This document shows, one piece after another, positions 1 to 10,778 of a DNA stretch of 32,000 nucleotides. The position numbers and the translations under genes are program-made. Positions within the stretch are counted from its first letter, which is position 1. Each line of letters begins with the position of its first letter. The notes under the pieces are model-generated. The model was not told the DNA's origin. It was given only the letters and a program-made list of their open reading frames with translations, and searched no databases. The DNA is from Candidatus Hadarchaeales archaeon (GTDB lineage: Archaea; Hadarchaeota; Hadarchaeia; Hadarchaeales; Hadarchaeaceae). Location: positions 1 to 32,000 of the forward strand of contig JAWBCC010000001.1 in the NCBI GenBank assembly GCA_038823825.1. The letters are read 5' to 3'.

Positions 1-779
1 TTTCCGAGAACAGGTGGGAAAATGTTTCGAGTTTTCCCGCAACAGTAACAAACGCGAACGATAGACTTGCTTTCGACGGTACGTATTTGTATATGATTAG
101 AGGAGCGACCGATAGCAGTTTCTGGAGGTATCGAGCAACGATTCTAGAGCCAACTTACTCCAATAATGCACGTTTCAGCTACACTTGGTTAGCGAACAAG
201 AGTAACGGGACATGGGAATTCTCATGCCCAACTGGATCGCCATACATAGATCCCGCGGGGAGTTCAATGGTCGAAAACTCGCAAACAAAATCGTACATAA
301 CAACTTTCAAAGTAAGAGTGGCCAAAACAGCTGTTCCTGGAAGCTGGGATATTGCCGTTAGGGTTACAGACAAATTTGGTCTACAATCCGAGCTGAAGAG
401 GACGGATGCAATAATAATGGCTGTTTATCTAGAAATGTCTGTTGACAAAAGCACGCTCACTTTCAGTGGTAAGCAGGGTGAAAGTGTTTATGCGAGCGAG
501 AGTCCTATAACTGCAACAGTGACGGCAAACGAGAACTTCTACTTAGAAGTCAAAGCAGCAGGTGACTGGGTGAAGGGTGCTGACACGATGCCTGCGAGCG
601 CAACGAAGGCGAAGGGAGAAGGAGATTGGGTGGCTCTGAGTACGACTTACCAAGCAGTCTGGAGCAATGTCTCCTACGGTGAAGATGTTCAGAAGCAGAT
701 TCAGTGGAGACTCGACATACCTGCCGACGCAGTTCCAGGAGACTACACGAACACATTCTACTTGCGGATTAAAACTTAG
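1..779 (+). CDS. 3' part of a surface/secreted protein with a Kelch-like repeat followed by beta-rich C-terminal domain (5' end outside window)
   Basis: The ORF at 87-779 stays open upstream to the window edge in the same frame (position 3 onward reads SENRWENVSSFPATVTNANDRLAFDGTYLYMIRG...FWRY). This resembles Kelch/beta-propeller repeats of the W..+..P....LA.DG.YIY..RG...FWRY type. Stop at 779. Confidence 0.6.
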   Translation, partial: SENRWENVSSFPATVTNANDRLAFDGTYLYMIRGATDSSFWRYRATILEPTYSNNARFSYTWLANKSNGTWEFSCPTGSPYIDPAGSSMVENSQTKSYITTFKVRVAKTAVPGSWDIAVRVTDKFGLQSELKRTDAIIMAVYLEMSVDKSTLTFSGKQGESVYASESPITATVTANENFYLEVKAAGDWVKGADTMPASATKAKGEGDWVALSTTYQAVWSNVSYGEDVQKQIQWRLDIPADAVPGDYTNTFYLRIKT

Positions 780-795
780 CGAATAGAGATTCTCA

Positions 796-1728
796 CTACT
801 CAAACTCTATTGTGGCGGGCGGTTTCCCAGTCAGGTCGTAGAGAACATGTGTAACTGAGGGCAGCCTTTCTCTGATCTTTTTCTCAATCCTTTGCAAAAC
901 TTTCCAGGGCAGTTCAACGGCTTGAGCCTCCATCGCATCTTTCGATTGTACAACTCTCACAACGATGATATCCCCATACTTACGTCCTTTCTTTGTGACG
1001 CCGGTGGCCTTGTCGTTAAGCAGGATGGCAAAGGCTTGGAAGCAATCAATTTCTTTTGTTTCCTCCTCCACAACGGCTGTAGCTTCGCGAACAATCTCAA
1101 CTCTTTCTGGTGTCACTTCTCCTATGACTCTTATCGCCAGACCTGGTCCGGGGAATGGTCTGCGGTTCACGACTTCATTGGGGAGTCCAAGAGCTTTGGC
1201 GATTTCTCTAACCTGTGGTTTGAAGAGATCCTTCAGGGGCTCAAGCACCACGAAACCATACTTTTCCAAGGGGGAGATCCCTATCTGTTCAAGAACATTA
1301 TGCTGAGTTTTTACACCCTTGCGGGTTTCGATCACATCTGCTGCTATGGTTCCCTGCAACAGATATTTTGCACCCAATTCCTTCGAGATTTCCGCAAAAG
1401 TTGTGTAGAAAGTTTCCCTGAAAGCTTTCCTCTTTTCTTCCGGGTCAGTTTTACCCTTTAGGGCAGAAAAAAATTTGTCCTTCACATCATAAATTTTAAG
1501 TTTGATCCCCAATGAAGCCAAAGTCTTCTTTACTTGTTCTGGTTCCTTTTTTCTCATCAATCCGTCATCCAAAAAAACGACGCTGAGCTTTTCCCCGAGG
1601 GCTTTATGTCCAAGGACAGCAGTAGTCATACTGTCCACGCCGCCCGACGTGGCAACAACAGCTTTATCCTCTCCAACCGTTCTTCTGATCCACTCCTTCT
1701 TTTCCTCTATGAACCTCACAGCATCCAT
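796..1728 (-). CDS. guaAB: GMP synthase (glutamine-hydrolyzing) subunit B, ATP pyrophosphatase type, split archaeal form
   Basis: 310 aa; PP-loop ATSGGVDSMT; GPGLAIRVIGE; C-terminal PPATIEFE. No glutaminase domain in the ORF. Confidence 0.95.
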   Translation of the reverse strand: MDAVRFIEEKKEWIRRTVGEDKAVVATSGGVDSMTTAVLGHKALGEKLSVVFLDDGLMRKKEPEQVKKTLASLGIKLKIYDVKDKFFSALKGKTDPEEKRKAFRETFYTTFAEISKELGAKYLLQGTIAADVIETRKGVKTQHNVLEQIGISPLEKYGFVVLEPLKDLFKPQVREIAKALGLPNEVVNRRPFPGPGLAIRVIGEVTPERVEIVREATAVVEEETKEIDCFQAFAILLNDKATGVTKKGRKYGDIIVVRVVQSKDAMEAQAVELPWKVLQRIEKKIRERLPSVTHVLYDLTGKPPATIEFE

Positions 1729-1802
1729 TTGACTCTAGAAGTATTGGAAAGCATCCTTTTTAACCTTTTGCTGAGAAGTTTTCATAAAATAAGGTGGTAA
1801 AG

Positions 1803-3257
1803 ATGGGGAAGTTCACCGAAAAGCTCAAAATGGCCGGGGTGGCTGTCACTTTCCGTGATGTCATCCTTCTGCCTGGTCTGGCGGAAGTTGAGCCTGCCGA
1901 AGTGGATGTAAGCACAAAAGTTTCGAAGAATTATAAACTAAACATCCCATTCGTCTCCTCTCCGATGGACACCGTTACAGAAAGCGAGATGGCGATCGCC
2001 ATAGCCAGAGAAGGAGGTTTAGGAGTTTTGCATCGCAACTGCTCCGTGGAAGAGCAGGTGGAAATGGCGAAAAGGGTGAAACGCGCTGAAGCACTGATAA
2101 TTCGAGACGTTGTTACGGTATCTCCGGATCAAACTGTTGCAGAGGCCGTTGAACTTATGAGAATTCATCAAATTTCCGGGCTGCCTGTTGTAGAGGGTAG
2201 GAAACTTGTCGGGATAATCACCGGGCGGGATGTGAGGTTCGCCGATGCTCATCTTAAAGTTCGCGATGTTATGACGAAGGATGTGATTACAGCGGGGGAG
2301 GACATCGACATCGAAAAGGCCAAGGAAATTTTGCACAGGCACCGGATAGAAAAGCTCCCCATAGTTAACGAGAGTGGAGAGCTAAAAGGTTTGATAACGT
2401 TTAAGGATATCTCACTTCGAGGCAAATATCCGAACGCAGCACGCGATGAAGAAGGACAGCTTCTCTGTGCAGCAGCGATTTCTCCCTTCGACATAGAACG
2501 GGCAAAAAAACTGGATAAATATGTCGATATCCTAGTGACCGATGTTGCCCATTTCCACAATGTGCGAGTTATCCAAGCAACGAAGAAGCTTCTTCAAGAG
2601 GTGAACGCCGATGTGATAGTAGGAAACATTGGAACATATGAAGCCGCCGTGGACACGATTACACAACTCGAAGGGGTGGCGGGTTTACGCGTTGGAGTAG
2701 GCTCTGGTTCGATATGCGTAACGTCGGAGGTGACAAAAGCTGGAGCGCCAACACTTTTTGCTGTAGCTCAAATCGCTGATGCTTTGGCGGATTATGGCTG
2801 CGATATACCGGTGATTGCCGATGGTGGTGTGAGAGGACCAGGCGATGCTGCTCTAGCTCTAGCAGCAGGAGCTTCTGCGGTTATGGCCGGGAATCTCTTT
2901 GCGAGATGTAAAGAAGCGCCTGGCACCTTGATGGCAATTGGTGGGAGATATTACAAACAATATCGTGGAATGGGCAGCCCCTCCGCCTTGGCGAAAAGAT
3001 ACTCATTAGACCGCTACAGCATGCCAGCAAAGGGAATAGCGGAAGGGGTAGAGGGATGGGTTCCTTACAGGGGTGAGGTGAGCACAGTTCTCAAGGAACT
3101 TTGTGATGGTCTACGCGCAGCGATGGGTTATGCTGGCGCAAAAAACATCAGGGATCTGTGGGCAAAAGCAAGGTTTGGTCTACTAACCGCAGCCGGAATC
3201 GAGGAGACGAAGCCCCACGATATTCTGCTTCCTAGCGAGTCCATCGAAAAACTCTAA
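1803..3257 (+). CDS. guaB: Inosine-5'-monophosphate dehydrogenase with CBS domain pair
   Basis: [17 protein letters not shown] active-site loop, CBS repeats, [12 protein letters not shown]. The ORF track starts at GTG 1794, but ATG 1803 follows an SD-like GGTGGT. Confidence 0.95.
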   Translation: MGKFTEKLKMAGVAVTFRDVILLPGLAEVEPAEVDVSTKVSKNYKLNIPFVSSPMDTVTESEMAIAIAREGGLGVLHRNCSVEEQVEMAKRVKRAEALIIRDVVTVSPDQTVAEAVELMRIHQISGLPVVEGRKLVGIITGRDVRFADAHLKVRDVMTKDVITAGEDIDIEKAKEILHRHRIEKLPIVNESGELKGLITFKDISLRGKYPNAARDEEGQLLCAAAISPFDIERAKKLDKYVDILVTDVAHFHNVRVIQATKKLLQEVNADVIVGNIGTYEAAVDTITQLEGVAGLRVGVGSGSICVTSEVTKAGAPTLFAVAQIADALADYGCDIPVIADGGVRGPGDAALALAAGASAVMAGNLFARCKEAPGTLMAIGGRYYKQYRGMGSPSALAKRYSLDRYSMPAKGIAEGVEGWVPYRGEVSTVLKELCDGLRAAMGYAGAKNIRDLWAKARFGLLTAAGIEETKPHDILLPSESIEKL

Positions 3258-4777
3258 TGTCTGAAATGCCTGATTCCGGTGAAAACCATCGAAATTCCCA
3301 GATCATCTGCTGCATCTATTATCTGCTGATCTCTAATAGAGCCTCCCGGCTGTATGATCGCAGTTACTCCAGCCTCCGCTGCTTTCTGAACGGTATCTGG
3401 AAACGGGATAAAGCCATCGGAGGCAAGAACACTCCCCTTGCTTCTCTCTCCAGCTTTTCTTATCGCAATCTCCGTAGAATCTACTCTACTCATCTGTCCG
3501 GCTCCGATTCCAACCGTTTGTTTATCTTTTGCCAAGACGATGGCATTTGATTTTACATGTTTGACGACTTTCCAAGCAAAAAGCAAGTCTTCAAGTTCTT
3601 TAGTTCCAGGTTTCTTTTTTGTTACAACTTTTAACTCCTCTGGTTTTAAGTCGACCAGATCTTCATCCTGAACAAGCAGCCCTCCAGAAATCTGTCTTAT
3701 CCCAATGCGCTCGAAATCTCCGCTAACCCGAAGCACCCGCAAGTTTGGCTTTTTCTCTAAAATCTTCAAAGCTTCTTTGTCGTAATCCGGTGCGCATAGA
3801 ACCTCAAGAAAGACAGAGATTATTTTTTCGGCAAGTGGAGGAGTCACTTTTCCATTCACGGCAACTATTCCGCCATAAGCCGATACTGGATCACACTCGT
3901 ACGCTTTGGAATATGCTTCTTGCAGATCTGAAGCGCAAGCAACACCACAGGGGTTCCCATGTTTTATTATCACAGCCGCGGGTTCTTTGAATTCGTTCAC
4001 AAGTTTCCAGCCGGCTTCTGCATCTAGCAGATTGTTGTATGAAAGTTCTTTCCCCTGTAAAAATTCGGCGTTTGCGATACCTTTTTTACTCCCATCAGAA
4101 TACAAGACACCTCTCTGGTGGGGGTTTTCTCCATATCTTAACATCGCGATTTTCCTATAAGAAAGGTTGAAGATTTCGGGAAAATCTCCATATTCAAAAA
4201 CGCTCCCCAAGTAGTTCGAGATAATCGCATCATATCTCGCTGTGTGCAAGAATGCCTTGACCGCGAGCATCTCCCTAGTTTTTTCGCTCAGTTCACCGGT
4301 GTTTCTGATTTCTTCTAAAATTTTTGGGTAATCTTCTGGATCCACGATGACTCCAACATATTTATAATTTTTTGCAGCAGAACGCACCATAGCTGGTCCA
4401 CCTATGTCGATATTCTCAATAGCCTCTTCCAGACTTGCCCCTTTTGCGACGACTTCCTCAAAAGGATAGAGATTGACCACCACTAGGTCAATTGGTTCTA
4501 TTCCCTGCTCTCGTATTTGCCGAATGTGTTCATCTTTATCTCTGATGGCAAGAATTCCGCCATGAATTTTCGGATGGAGGGTTTTTACCCTTCCATCCAG
4601 CATTTCTGGGAATTTTGTAATTTCTGAAACCTCAAGTACTCTGATCCCATTTTCTCTCAGCAATTTTGCAGTTCGTCCTGTGGATATTATCTCTATTCCG
4701 AGCTTTTGCAGTTCCTTACAAAAGTCAACAATCCCCGTCTTGTTGTAGACGCTTACAAGTGCACGTTTTATCTTCAT
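3254..4777 (-). CDS. purH: Bifunctional AICAR transformylase / IMP cyclohydrolase (bacterial type)
   Basis: 507 aa full-length; [17 protein letters not shown]-terminus, [35 protein letters not shown], terminal TGIRHFRH. Confidence 0.95.
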   Translation of the reverse strand: MKIKRALVSVYNKTGIVDFCKELQKLGIEIISTGRTAKLLRENGIRVLEVSEITKFPEMLDGRVKTLHPKIHGGILAIRDKDEHIRQIREQGIEPIDLVVVNLYPFEEVVAKGASLEEAIENIDIGGPAMVRSAAKNYKYVGVIVDPEDYPKILEEIRNTGELSEKTREMLAVKAFLHTARYDAIISNYLGSVFEYGDFPEIFNLSYRKIAMLRYGENPHQRGVLYSDGSKKGIANAEFLQGKELSYNNLLDAEAGWKLVNEFKEPAAVIIKHGNPCGVACASDLQEAYSKAYECDPVSAYGGIVAVNGKVTPPLAEKIISVFLEVLCAPDYDKEALKILEKKPNLRVLRVSGDFERIGIRQISGGLLVQDEDLVDLKPEELKVVTKKKPGTKELEDLLFAWKVVKHVKSNAIVLAKDKQTVGIGAGQMSRVDSTEIAIRKAGERSKGSVLASDGFIPFPDTVQKAAEAGVTAIIQPGGSIRDQQIIDAADDLGISMVFTGIRHFRH

Positions 4778-6384
4778 GTTGTTCTCCTCTTTTCTTCGCG
4801 TTTTTCTATCGCCGCCTTGATGAATGCATCAAAAACTGGAGCCGGCTTACCGGGCCTAGATTTGAACTCAGGATGGAATTGTGTAGCAATGAAGAAACAA
4901 TGGTTTGGAAGCTCGATTATCTCCGCTTTACCATCTGGAGTCTTTCCAGAGAAAATGATTCCGCCCTTTTCAAGAATCTCGAAATATGCGGGATTGACCT
5001 CGTATCTATGTCTATGCCTCTCGAATATTCTATCTTTCCCATAGATCTTGAAAGCAAGTGTTCCAGGCTTCACCAAAACCTCTTGAGCTCCGAGCCTCAT
5101 AGTCCCCCCCATCTCAGTGATCTTCTTTTGTTCAGGCAGGAGATCGATGACGGGGTGAGGAGTGTTCGGGTCGATTTCGGTGCTGTTCGCGTCTTTCAGT
5201 CCAATGTGACGTGCAAACTCTACAATGGCTAATTGAAACCCGAAGCAGAGACCCAAAAATGGTATGTTTTTCTCTCTCGCATATGAGATAGCTGAAATTT
5301 TGCCTTCGGACCCCCGCTTCCCGAAACCCCCCGGAACCAGTATTCCGTCATATTCTGCTAAAATCTTCTCTGGATTCGCCGTTTCAAGTTCCTCAGCCTC
5401 GATCCAGTTTATTTTCACCTTGCAGTTGTTTATCCCACCAGCATGTTTAAGTGCTTCATTTATGCTTAGATAAGTATCCGCAAATCGGACATATTTCCCG
5501 ATCATAGCAATCATAACTTCTTTATCAGCTCTATCCATCTGTTCCACAATTCTTTTCCATTCGGTGAGATCCTCGCTCCTAGACCTCAGAGATAAAAGCC
5601 TAAGCAAAAGATTATCCATCCTCTCTTCCTTCAAAATAAGCGGAACGGCGTAGATATTGTCAACATCCGGTGCGCTAACGACAGCATCGGGGGGCACATT
5701 GCAGAAAAGCGAGATCTTCCTTCTGGCCTCCTTCGTGAGGGGAGTTTTACATCTGCAAACTATTATGTCTGGCATTATTCCAAGCTCACGCAACTCTTTC
5801 ACACTATGTTGCGTAGGTTTTGTCTTTTGTTCGCCGACCACATCCAAAACCGGCACTAGGGTAACATGAACAAAAACAACATTGGTTGATCCCTCTTCGA
5901 GTCTCATCTGCCTGACAGCTTCGAGAAACGGCATGCTCTCGATATCTCCAACCGTTCCCCCGATTTCGACCAAACAAATCTCAGCCCCGCTGTCCCCCGC
6001 AACTCTTCTTATTCTTTCTTTGATGAGATCTGTCACGTGAGGAATTATCTGCACCGTCTTTCCGAGATATTCCCCCTTTCTCTCCCTCTCTATAATTTTT
6101 CCATAGATCTGCCCCGTCGTTATGTTGTGATGCTTTGTAAGATTGATATTCAAAAATCTTTCGTAGTGACCCATATCGAGGTCTATTTCTCCACCGTCCT
6201 CGGTTACAAATATCTCTCCATGCTCAAAGGGATTCATCGTTCCAGCGTCGACATTCAGATAGGGGTCAATTTTTATTGCAGTTACAGAAAAGCCGTGCGA
6301 TTGAAGAAGCTTTCCGATGGATGCTGTTGTTATTCCTTTTCCAAGTCCGCTCATTACCCCTCCGGTAACTACTATGTACTTCAT
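4774..6384 (-). CDS. pyrG: CTP synthase
   Basis: [18 protein letters not shown]..., [12 protein letters not shown]-terminal class I glutaminase with GLCFGFQLA. Confidence 0.97.
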   Translation of the reverse strand: MKYIVVTGGVMSGLGKGITTASIGKLLQSHGFSVTAIKIDPYLNVDAGTMNPFEHGEIFVTEDGGEIDLDMGHYERFLNINLTKHHNITTGQIYGKIIERERKGEYLGKTVQIIPHVTDLIKERIRRVAGDSGAEICLVEIGGTVGDIESMPFLEAVRQMRLEEGSTNVVFVHVTLVPVLDVVGEQKTKPTQHSVKELRELGIMPDIIVCRCKTPLTKEARRKISLFCNVPPDAVVSAPDVDNIYAVPLILKEERMDNLLLRLLSLRSRSEDLTEWKRIVEQMDRADKEVMIAMIGKYVRFADTYLSINEALKHAGGINNCKVKINWIEAEELETANPEKILAEYDGILVPGGFGKRGSEGKISAISYAREKNIPFLGLCFGFQLAIVEFARHIGLKDANSTEIDPNTPHPVIDLLPEQKKITEMGGTMRLGAQEVLVKPGTLAFKIYGKDRIFERHRHRYEVNPAYFEILEKGGIIFSGKTPDGKAEIIELPNHCFFIATQFHPEFKSRPGKPAPVFDAFIKAAIEKREEKRRTT

Positions 6385-6388
6385 GGTC

Positions 6389-7315
6389 CTACACCCTCAG
6401 TTTTTCTATCGCACTTATATTCTTGAGCCCTAGGTTTTCCAGATATTTTTCAATGCCTCTGCAGATTTCCCTAAAGATCGAAAGGCCCTTTACTGCTATG
6501 GCAGACCCTACCTGAACGGCGGTAGCTCCGGCCAAGATGAATTCTACAGCATCTTCCCATGTTTCTACTCCACCACAACCAACTATCGGTATGGAAAGCC
6601 GTTTGTGAAGTTGATGGACGCATCTCAACGCTATCGGATGAATAGCCGGGCCGGAAAGCCCCCCATAGATTTCCGAAAGAATTGGACTTCTCGTGTGCAC
6701 GTCTATAGCCATGCCGGTAATAGTGTTTATCGCAACCACACCATCGGCTCCGGCTTTCTGGGCAGACTCTCCGACTTCAACTAATCTGTCGGTCAAGCCA
6801 AGTTTGACGAAAACCGGGATAGTGACGTTATCCTTAACCCTTCGGACTATTCTTTTAACAACTTCTGGTTCTCGGCCGAATTCGAGTCCTCCTCTTTTGA
6901 CGTTTGGGCAGGAAAGATTTAGTTCAACAGCATCGGCCCCGCAATCATCAGCCGCTCCGCATATTTTGACGAATTCGTTTTCGCTGAATCCGGCCACACT
7001 GACGATTACTGGAACTCCTCCTTCTTTCGCTATCGGAAGATCATATGACAAGAAATCTATGTAACCAGGGTTTGCGATTCCGATGTTATTAAGAAATCCG
7101 CCCCGCACTCCTATTACGGCTGGTGTATTGCTTCCTTCCCGTTTTTCCACAGTTAGACTTTTTGTCACAACTGCTCCGGCGCCAGCCAGTGCTGCCTGTT
7201 TCAAAAGAGGACCGTTTGAGAGGATTCCTGCTGCCAACATGATCGGATTCCGCAACTTCAATCTGCCAATCTTAACCGAAAGTTTTGACATTTCTTCCCC
7301 ATCCTCTTCTTCCAA
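6389..7315 (-). CDS. pyrD: Dihydroorotate dehydrogenase, catalytic subunit, class 1B-like
   Basis: [13 protein letters not shown] catalytic-cysteine motif, INTITG, adjacent pyrK. The start may be the internal ATG near 7291 (MSKLSVKIG). Confidence 0.93.
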   Translation of the reverse strand: MEEEDGEEMSKLSVKIGRLKLRNPIMLAAGILSNGPLLKQAALAGAGAVVTKSLTVEKREGSNTPAVIGVRGGFLNNIGIANPGYIDFLSYDLPIAKEGGVPVIVSVAGFSENEFVKICGAADDCGADAVELNLSCPNVKRGGLEFGREPEVVKRIVRRVKDNVTIPVFVKLGLTDRLVEVGESAQKAGADGVVAINTITGMAIDVHTRSPILSEIYGGLSGPAIHPIALRCVHQLHKRLSIPIVGCGGVETWEDAVEFILAGATAVQVGSAIAVKGLSIFREICRGIEKYLENLGLKNISAIEKLRV

Positions 7316-8546
7316 CTATTTCTCTCTCAAACATTACTAACTTTCCTCTCACGAGTGTGGCGATAGGAACGCCGATGACCTTCGTTCCTGCGAACGGACT
7401 GAACTTTGCCTTACTGATGAAATTTGAAGGATCGATTTTCCACTCTTTTTCCAGATCCACCACGGTGAGATTTGCGGTCATTCCCTCCTTGATTTCTCCA
7501 AAGTGCTTCAGTCCAAGAATTCTGGCAGGCCTGCTCGAGCATGTTCTGACAAAATCCTCCAGTCGCAACATGTCTTTCTTTACCATAGTGAGCAAAAGCG
7601 GAACCGTTGTCTCAAGTGAAGGAAATCCGGATGCTGGTGGGTCTGCCAGTTTTTCTTCTAACGAATGTGGCGCATGATCTGATGTTACACAGTCTATAAC
7701 TCCCTTCTGTAGTTTCTCCAGTAGAAATTTTCTGTCTCTCTCGCTTCTGAGTGAAGGTTCAACTCGTGCGATTTTTCCTATTTTTTCAACGTCCTTTTCC
7801 GTAAGCAGAAGATAGTGTGGACAAGTATCACCGGTGAGCGGTAACAGACTTTTCTTTTTCGAGAAAATCTCCGCCCCTCTGGTAGACGAGATATGTGTGA
7901 CATGCAACTTAAATCCAACTTTTCTGGAGAGCTCGGTTATATCCTCAATCGCCCCGGCTTCAGCCTCAGGTAGTCTTATTGGACCGAATTTAGTGTGTCT
8001 AACAGGTTCTGGTCTCTCCGCATGCGCAACCACTAGCATGTTCTTTCTTGAAGCGAAATCCAAGATTTTTCTCATCAGCTCATGGTTTTCTTGTGAATAG
8101 AATTCTCTATGCATGAAAATCTTTAGACCAATCGCCAAATCTACAACTTCTTCCGTCAAATGTTCAAGTTTTTTTGGAACTCCATAATACAGTCCGTAGT
8201 CAACAAAGCTTTTTTTCCTAGCGATTTTTTCTCTCTTTCTTAGCACCGAAGGTTTATTGATCGGAGGTATGGTGTTTGGCATATCGCACACGACTGTAAA
8301 TCCGCCCATCGCCGCAGCCATCGTACCGGTTTCAAAGTCTTCTTTATAGTCGAGTTTAAAATCTCTAAGATGAACATGCATATCGATTAGTCCAGGTAAA
8401 ATAAGGTTTCCCTTTCTCCGGAAATCTAACTTTTCCTCACCTTCAAGGTTCTTCCTGATTCTGGCGATTTTTCCATTTTCTATGAGGATGCTGCCGTCGA
8501 TTATTTTGGTAGATGTGTAGATTTTGCCGCTGACTACGAGGCTCAG
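7272..8546 (-). CDS. pyrC: Dihydroorotase; start extended beyond the ORF track to a non-canonical CTG
   Basis: The ORF track begins at internal ATG 8381 (MHVHLRDF). The same frame extends upstream as LSLVVSGKIYTSTKIIDGSILIENGKIARIRKNLEGEEKLDFRRKGNLILPGLIDMHVHLRD, the conserved N-terminal part of amidohydrolase-superfamily dihydroorotases. The first plausible start is CTG at 8546, preceded by AAGGAGG. Confidence 0.85.
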   Translation of the reverse strand: MSLVVSGKIYTSTKIIDGSILIENGKIARIRKNLEGEEKLDFRRKGNLILPGLIDMHVHLRDFKLDYKEDFETGTMAAAMGGFTVVCDMPNTIPPINKPSVLRKREKIARKKSFVDYGLYYGVPKKLEHLTEEVVDLAIGLKIFMHREFYSQENHELMRKILDFASRKNMLVVAHAERPEPVRHTKFGPIRLPEAEAGAIEDITELSRKVGFKLHVTHISSTRGAEIFSKKKSLLPLTGDTCPHYLLLTEKDVEKIGKIARVEPSLRSERDRKFLLEKLQKGVIDCVTSDHAPHSLEEKLADPPASGFPSLETTVPLLLTMVKKDMLRLEDFVRTCSSRPARILGLKHFGEIKEGMTANLTVVDLEKEWKIDPSNFISKAKFSPFAGTKVIGVPIATLVRGKLVMFEREIVGRRGWGRNVKTFG

Positions 8547-9367
8547 ATTGGCACCCTCCTTCCAGCAGCATCTCTGGAGAATCTGCCGAAATCCGTGTTT
8601 AAAAGTTCCCTAGCGCAGAAGACCGGACCGTCTATGCACACCCTTAATCCGACTGGGTCGAGAACGCAGGAGCCGCATATTCCAAATCCACACTTCATAT
8701 ATCTCTCTAAGGAAGCCTGTACATGGATGCCCTTTTTCAGTGCGATTTCTAAAATTTTTTTCATCATCATTTCAGGTCCACAAGTTAGCACGCATTCAGG
8801 TTTGATTTTGTTCAAAAGATTCTCGAACAGCTCGGTTACGAGCCCTTTATATCCAGCGGAACCATCTTCTGTGGCGACTTCGACTTTCGCTCCGAGTTTT
8901 TTAGCTTCATGAATGAAGAGAAGCTCTTCAGATTTTTTTGCTCCGACCACATACCAACACTCACCCCGATTTTCTCTGATAGACTTTAGAGCATAGATAA
9001 GAGGAGAAGCTCCGTATCCTCCCGCGACTAGCATTACTTTTTTGTAACCGTTCAGCGAAAAACCACGTCCGAATGGGCCACGCAAAAGCAAAATATCGCC
9101 TTTTTTAAGGTTCATCATAAGCTCAGTGGTTTTCCCGACAGCAGCGACAGTTAGTCTCAATATGTTTTGCTCGAAACCGGATGCGGAGATAGGGATCTCT
9201 TCCCCTCCGGGAGCCCAGATCATAAAAAACTGCCCCGGCGAGGGTTTTTGTCCAGCGTATTGTAAGTAAAAAGACTTGATGTTTGAAGCTTCTTCCTTCA
9301 CACGTTTTATTTTGCAGGCTCTGGGTGCGAATTGCAGATAAGGATCAACGTTTTTCAATTCTCTCAC
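8543..9367 (-). CDS. pyrK: Dihydroorotate dehydrogenase electron-transfer subunit
   Basis: PGQFFMIWAPG, GPFGRGF, LVAGGYGASPL, C-terminal [2Fe-2S] cysteines CGFGICGSCVLDP...C; between pyrI and pyrC. Confidence 0.9.
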   Translation of the reverse strand: MRELKNVDPYLQFAPRACKIKRVKEEASNIKSFYLQYAGQKPSPGQFFMIWAPGGEEIPISASGFEQNILRLTVAAVGKTTELMMNLKKGDILLLRGPFGRGFSLNGYKKVMLVAGGYGASPLIYALKSIRENRGECWYVVGAKKSEELLFIHEAKKLGAKVEVATEDGSAGYKGLVTELFENLLNKIKPECVLTCGPEMMMKKILEIALKKGIHVQASLERYMKCGFGICGSCVLDPVGLRVCIDGPVFCARELLNTDFGRFSRDAAGRRVPI

Positions 9368-9858
9368 CGCTTAGCAGCAGCTCGCGAGTATTGTTCGATT
9401 ATGTCATTCTGATTTACGTATGTGCCGCAATACTCGCAGCACAAAACTAGTGGTTCACTCGAAACTACCTTAAAAGTAGGAACCACTGGTTCTCCCTGCT
9501 TGTTTGTTATACAATTTGGATTTACGCATGTCACGATTTCCTTTATTATGCTTGGAAGTTTCACCTTCGTTTTTTTCACCACGGAATAGTCTCTAATTGT
9601 ATTTATCGTTGCCTCGGGCGCCAGAAGAGCAATTTTATCTACTTCTTTCGGGTCTAATTCCCGATTTTCTATTTTTACAATGTCTTTTTTTCCAATTTTT
9701 TTACTTCTGACATTCATGAGAAGAGCCACGGTATATCCTTCTTCTCCAGTTATTCCAAGAATTTTTAGGACGTTCAGCGCCTGTCCTCCAGGAATGTGAT
9801 CTATTACGGTACCATTTTTTATTCTCCTGACTATGAGTTTGTTTCCTTCCTCTTTCAT
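9364..9858 (-). CDS. pyrI: Aspartate carbamoyltransferase regulatory subunit
   Basis: NGTVIDHIPGGQALNVLKILG; Zn ligands CVNPNCIT and CCEYC. Confidence 0.96.
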   Translation of the reverse strand: MKEEGNKLIVRRIKNGTVIDHIPGGQALNVLKILGITGEEGYTVALLMNVRSKKIGKKDIVKIENRELDPKEVDKIALLAPEATINTIRDYSVVKKTKVKLPSIIKEIVTCVNPNCITNKQGEPVVPTFKVVSSEPLVLCCEYCGTYVNQNDIIEQYSRAAAKR

Positions 9859-10778
9859 TTTTCTCCCTCGAGCAAAAGATACAACAAAGCCATTCTTACT
9901 GGAACCCCATTTGCTGCTTGTTGGAAATATCTCGCAGATTTATGAGTATCAACTTCAAGAGCTATTTCACCAACTCTGGGCAGCGGGTGCATTATTATCA
10001 TTCCATCTTTTGCGTTTTTGATGGTCTCCAAATCCACCCTATATGAACCCTTGACCTTTTCGTATTCCGCAGGATCCGGAAACCTTTCACGCTGTATTCT
10101 CGTCACATATAGAACATCTGTCTCTTGTATAATGTCTTGGAGATTTTCTCTTATTTCAAAATTCACCCCAGATTTTGTGAGGTGCTCTTCGAGTTCCTTT
10201 CTGGGTTTGAGCAACGGCGGAGACACGAGATATATTTTTCTCGGTTTGAATTTTGTCAAAGCGTAAAGAAATGATGCGACAGCTCTTCCATATCTCAGAT
10301 CCCCCATCAATACGAAGTTCAGTCCATCGATCCTTCCGAATTCTTTCCAGACGGTGTAAAGATCGACCATCGCTTGTGTTGGATGATTTTTTGTACCATC
10401 TCCTGCGTTTATCACAGGAGCGTCAGCGATTTCAGCAGCAAGTTTCGCCGCACCTTCCACTTTATGTCGAATTGCGATGACATCCGCATAAGCATCCAGC
10501 ATTCTGATGGTATCAGCCAAGTTTTCCCCCTTCGCAATCGAAGTCGCCTCTATATCTGTAAATCCAATAACGGAGCCGCCAAGCTTGTGCATTGCCGTCT
10601 CAAAACTTAACTTCGTTCTAGTGCTAGGTTCAAAAAAGGCATTGGCGAGAATTTTTCCTTTTAACACAGAGCTTCCTTTTTTCATGGTTTTTTCCATTTT
10701 TTTCGAAACCTCAAATATTTTCTTGAGTTCGGCATCGCTGAAATCCAGTATGGAAATCACATCTCTGTTTTTGAACAT
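9855..10778 (-). CDS. pyrB: Aspartate carbamoyltransferase catalytic subunit
   Basis: FFEPSTRTKLSFETAMHKLGG; HPTQAMVDLYT; MHPLPRVGEI. Confidence 0.97.
   Translation of the reverse strand: MFKNRDVISILDFSDAELKKIFEVSKKMEKTMKKGSSVLKGKILANAFFEPSTRTKLSFETAMHKLGGSVIGFTDIEATSIAKGENLADTIRMLDAYADVIAIRHKVEGAAKLAAEIADAPVINAGDGTKNHPTQAMVDLYTVWKEFGRIDGLNFVLMGDLRYGRAVASFLYALTKFKPRKIYLVSPPLLKPRKELEEHLTKSGVNFEIRENLQDIIQETDVLYVTRIQRERFPDPAEYEKVKGSYRVDLETIKNAKDGMIIMHPLPRVGEIALEVDTHKSARYFQQAANGVPVRMALLYLLLEGEK

Noticed and set aside
892-1461. 189-aa plus-strand ORF antisense to guaAB
   Set aside because: It lies wholly within the convincing guaAB coding sequence on the opposite strand, with no family motif or SD. 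Considered spurious.
4666-5232. 188-aa plus-strand ORF antisense to pyrG/purH
   Set aside because: Overlaps strong conserved coding sequence; low-complexity composition typical of antisense translation.
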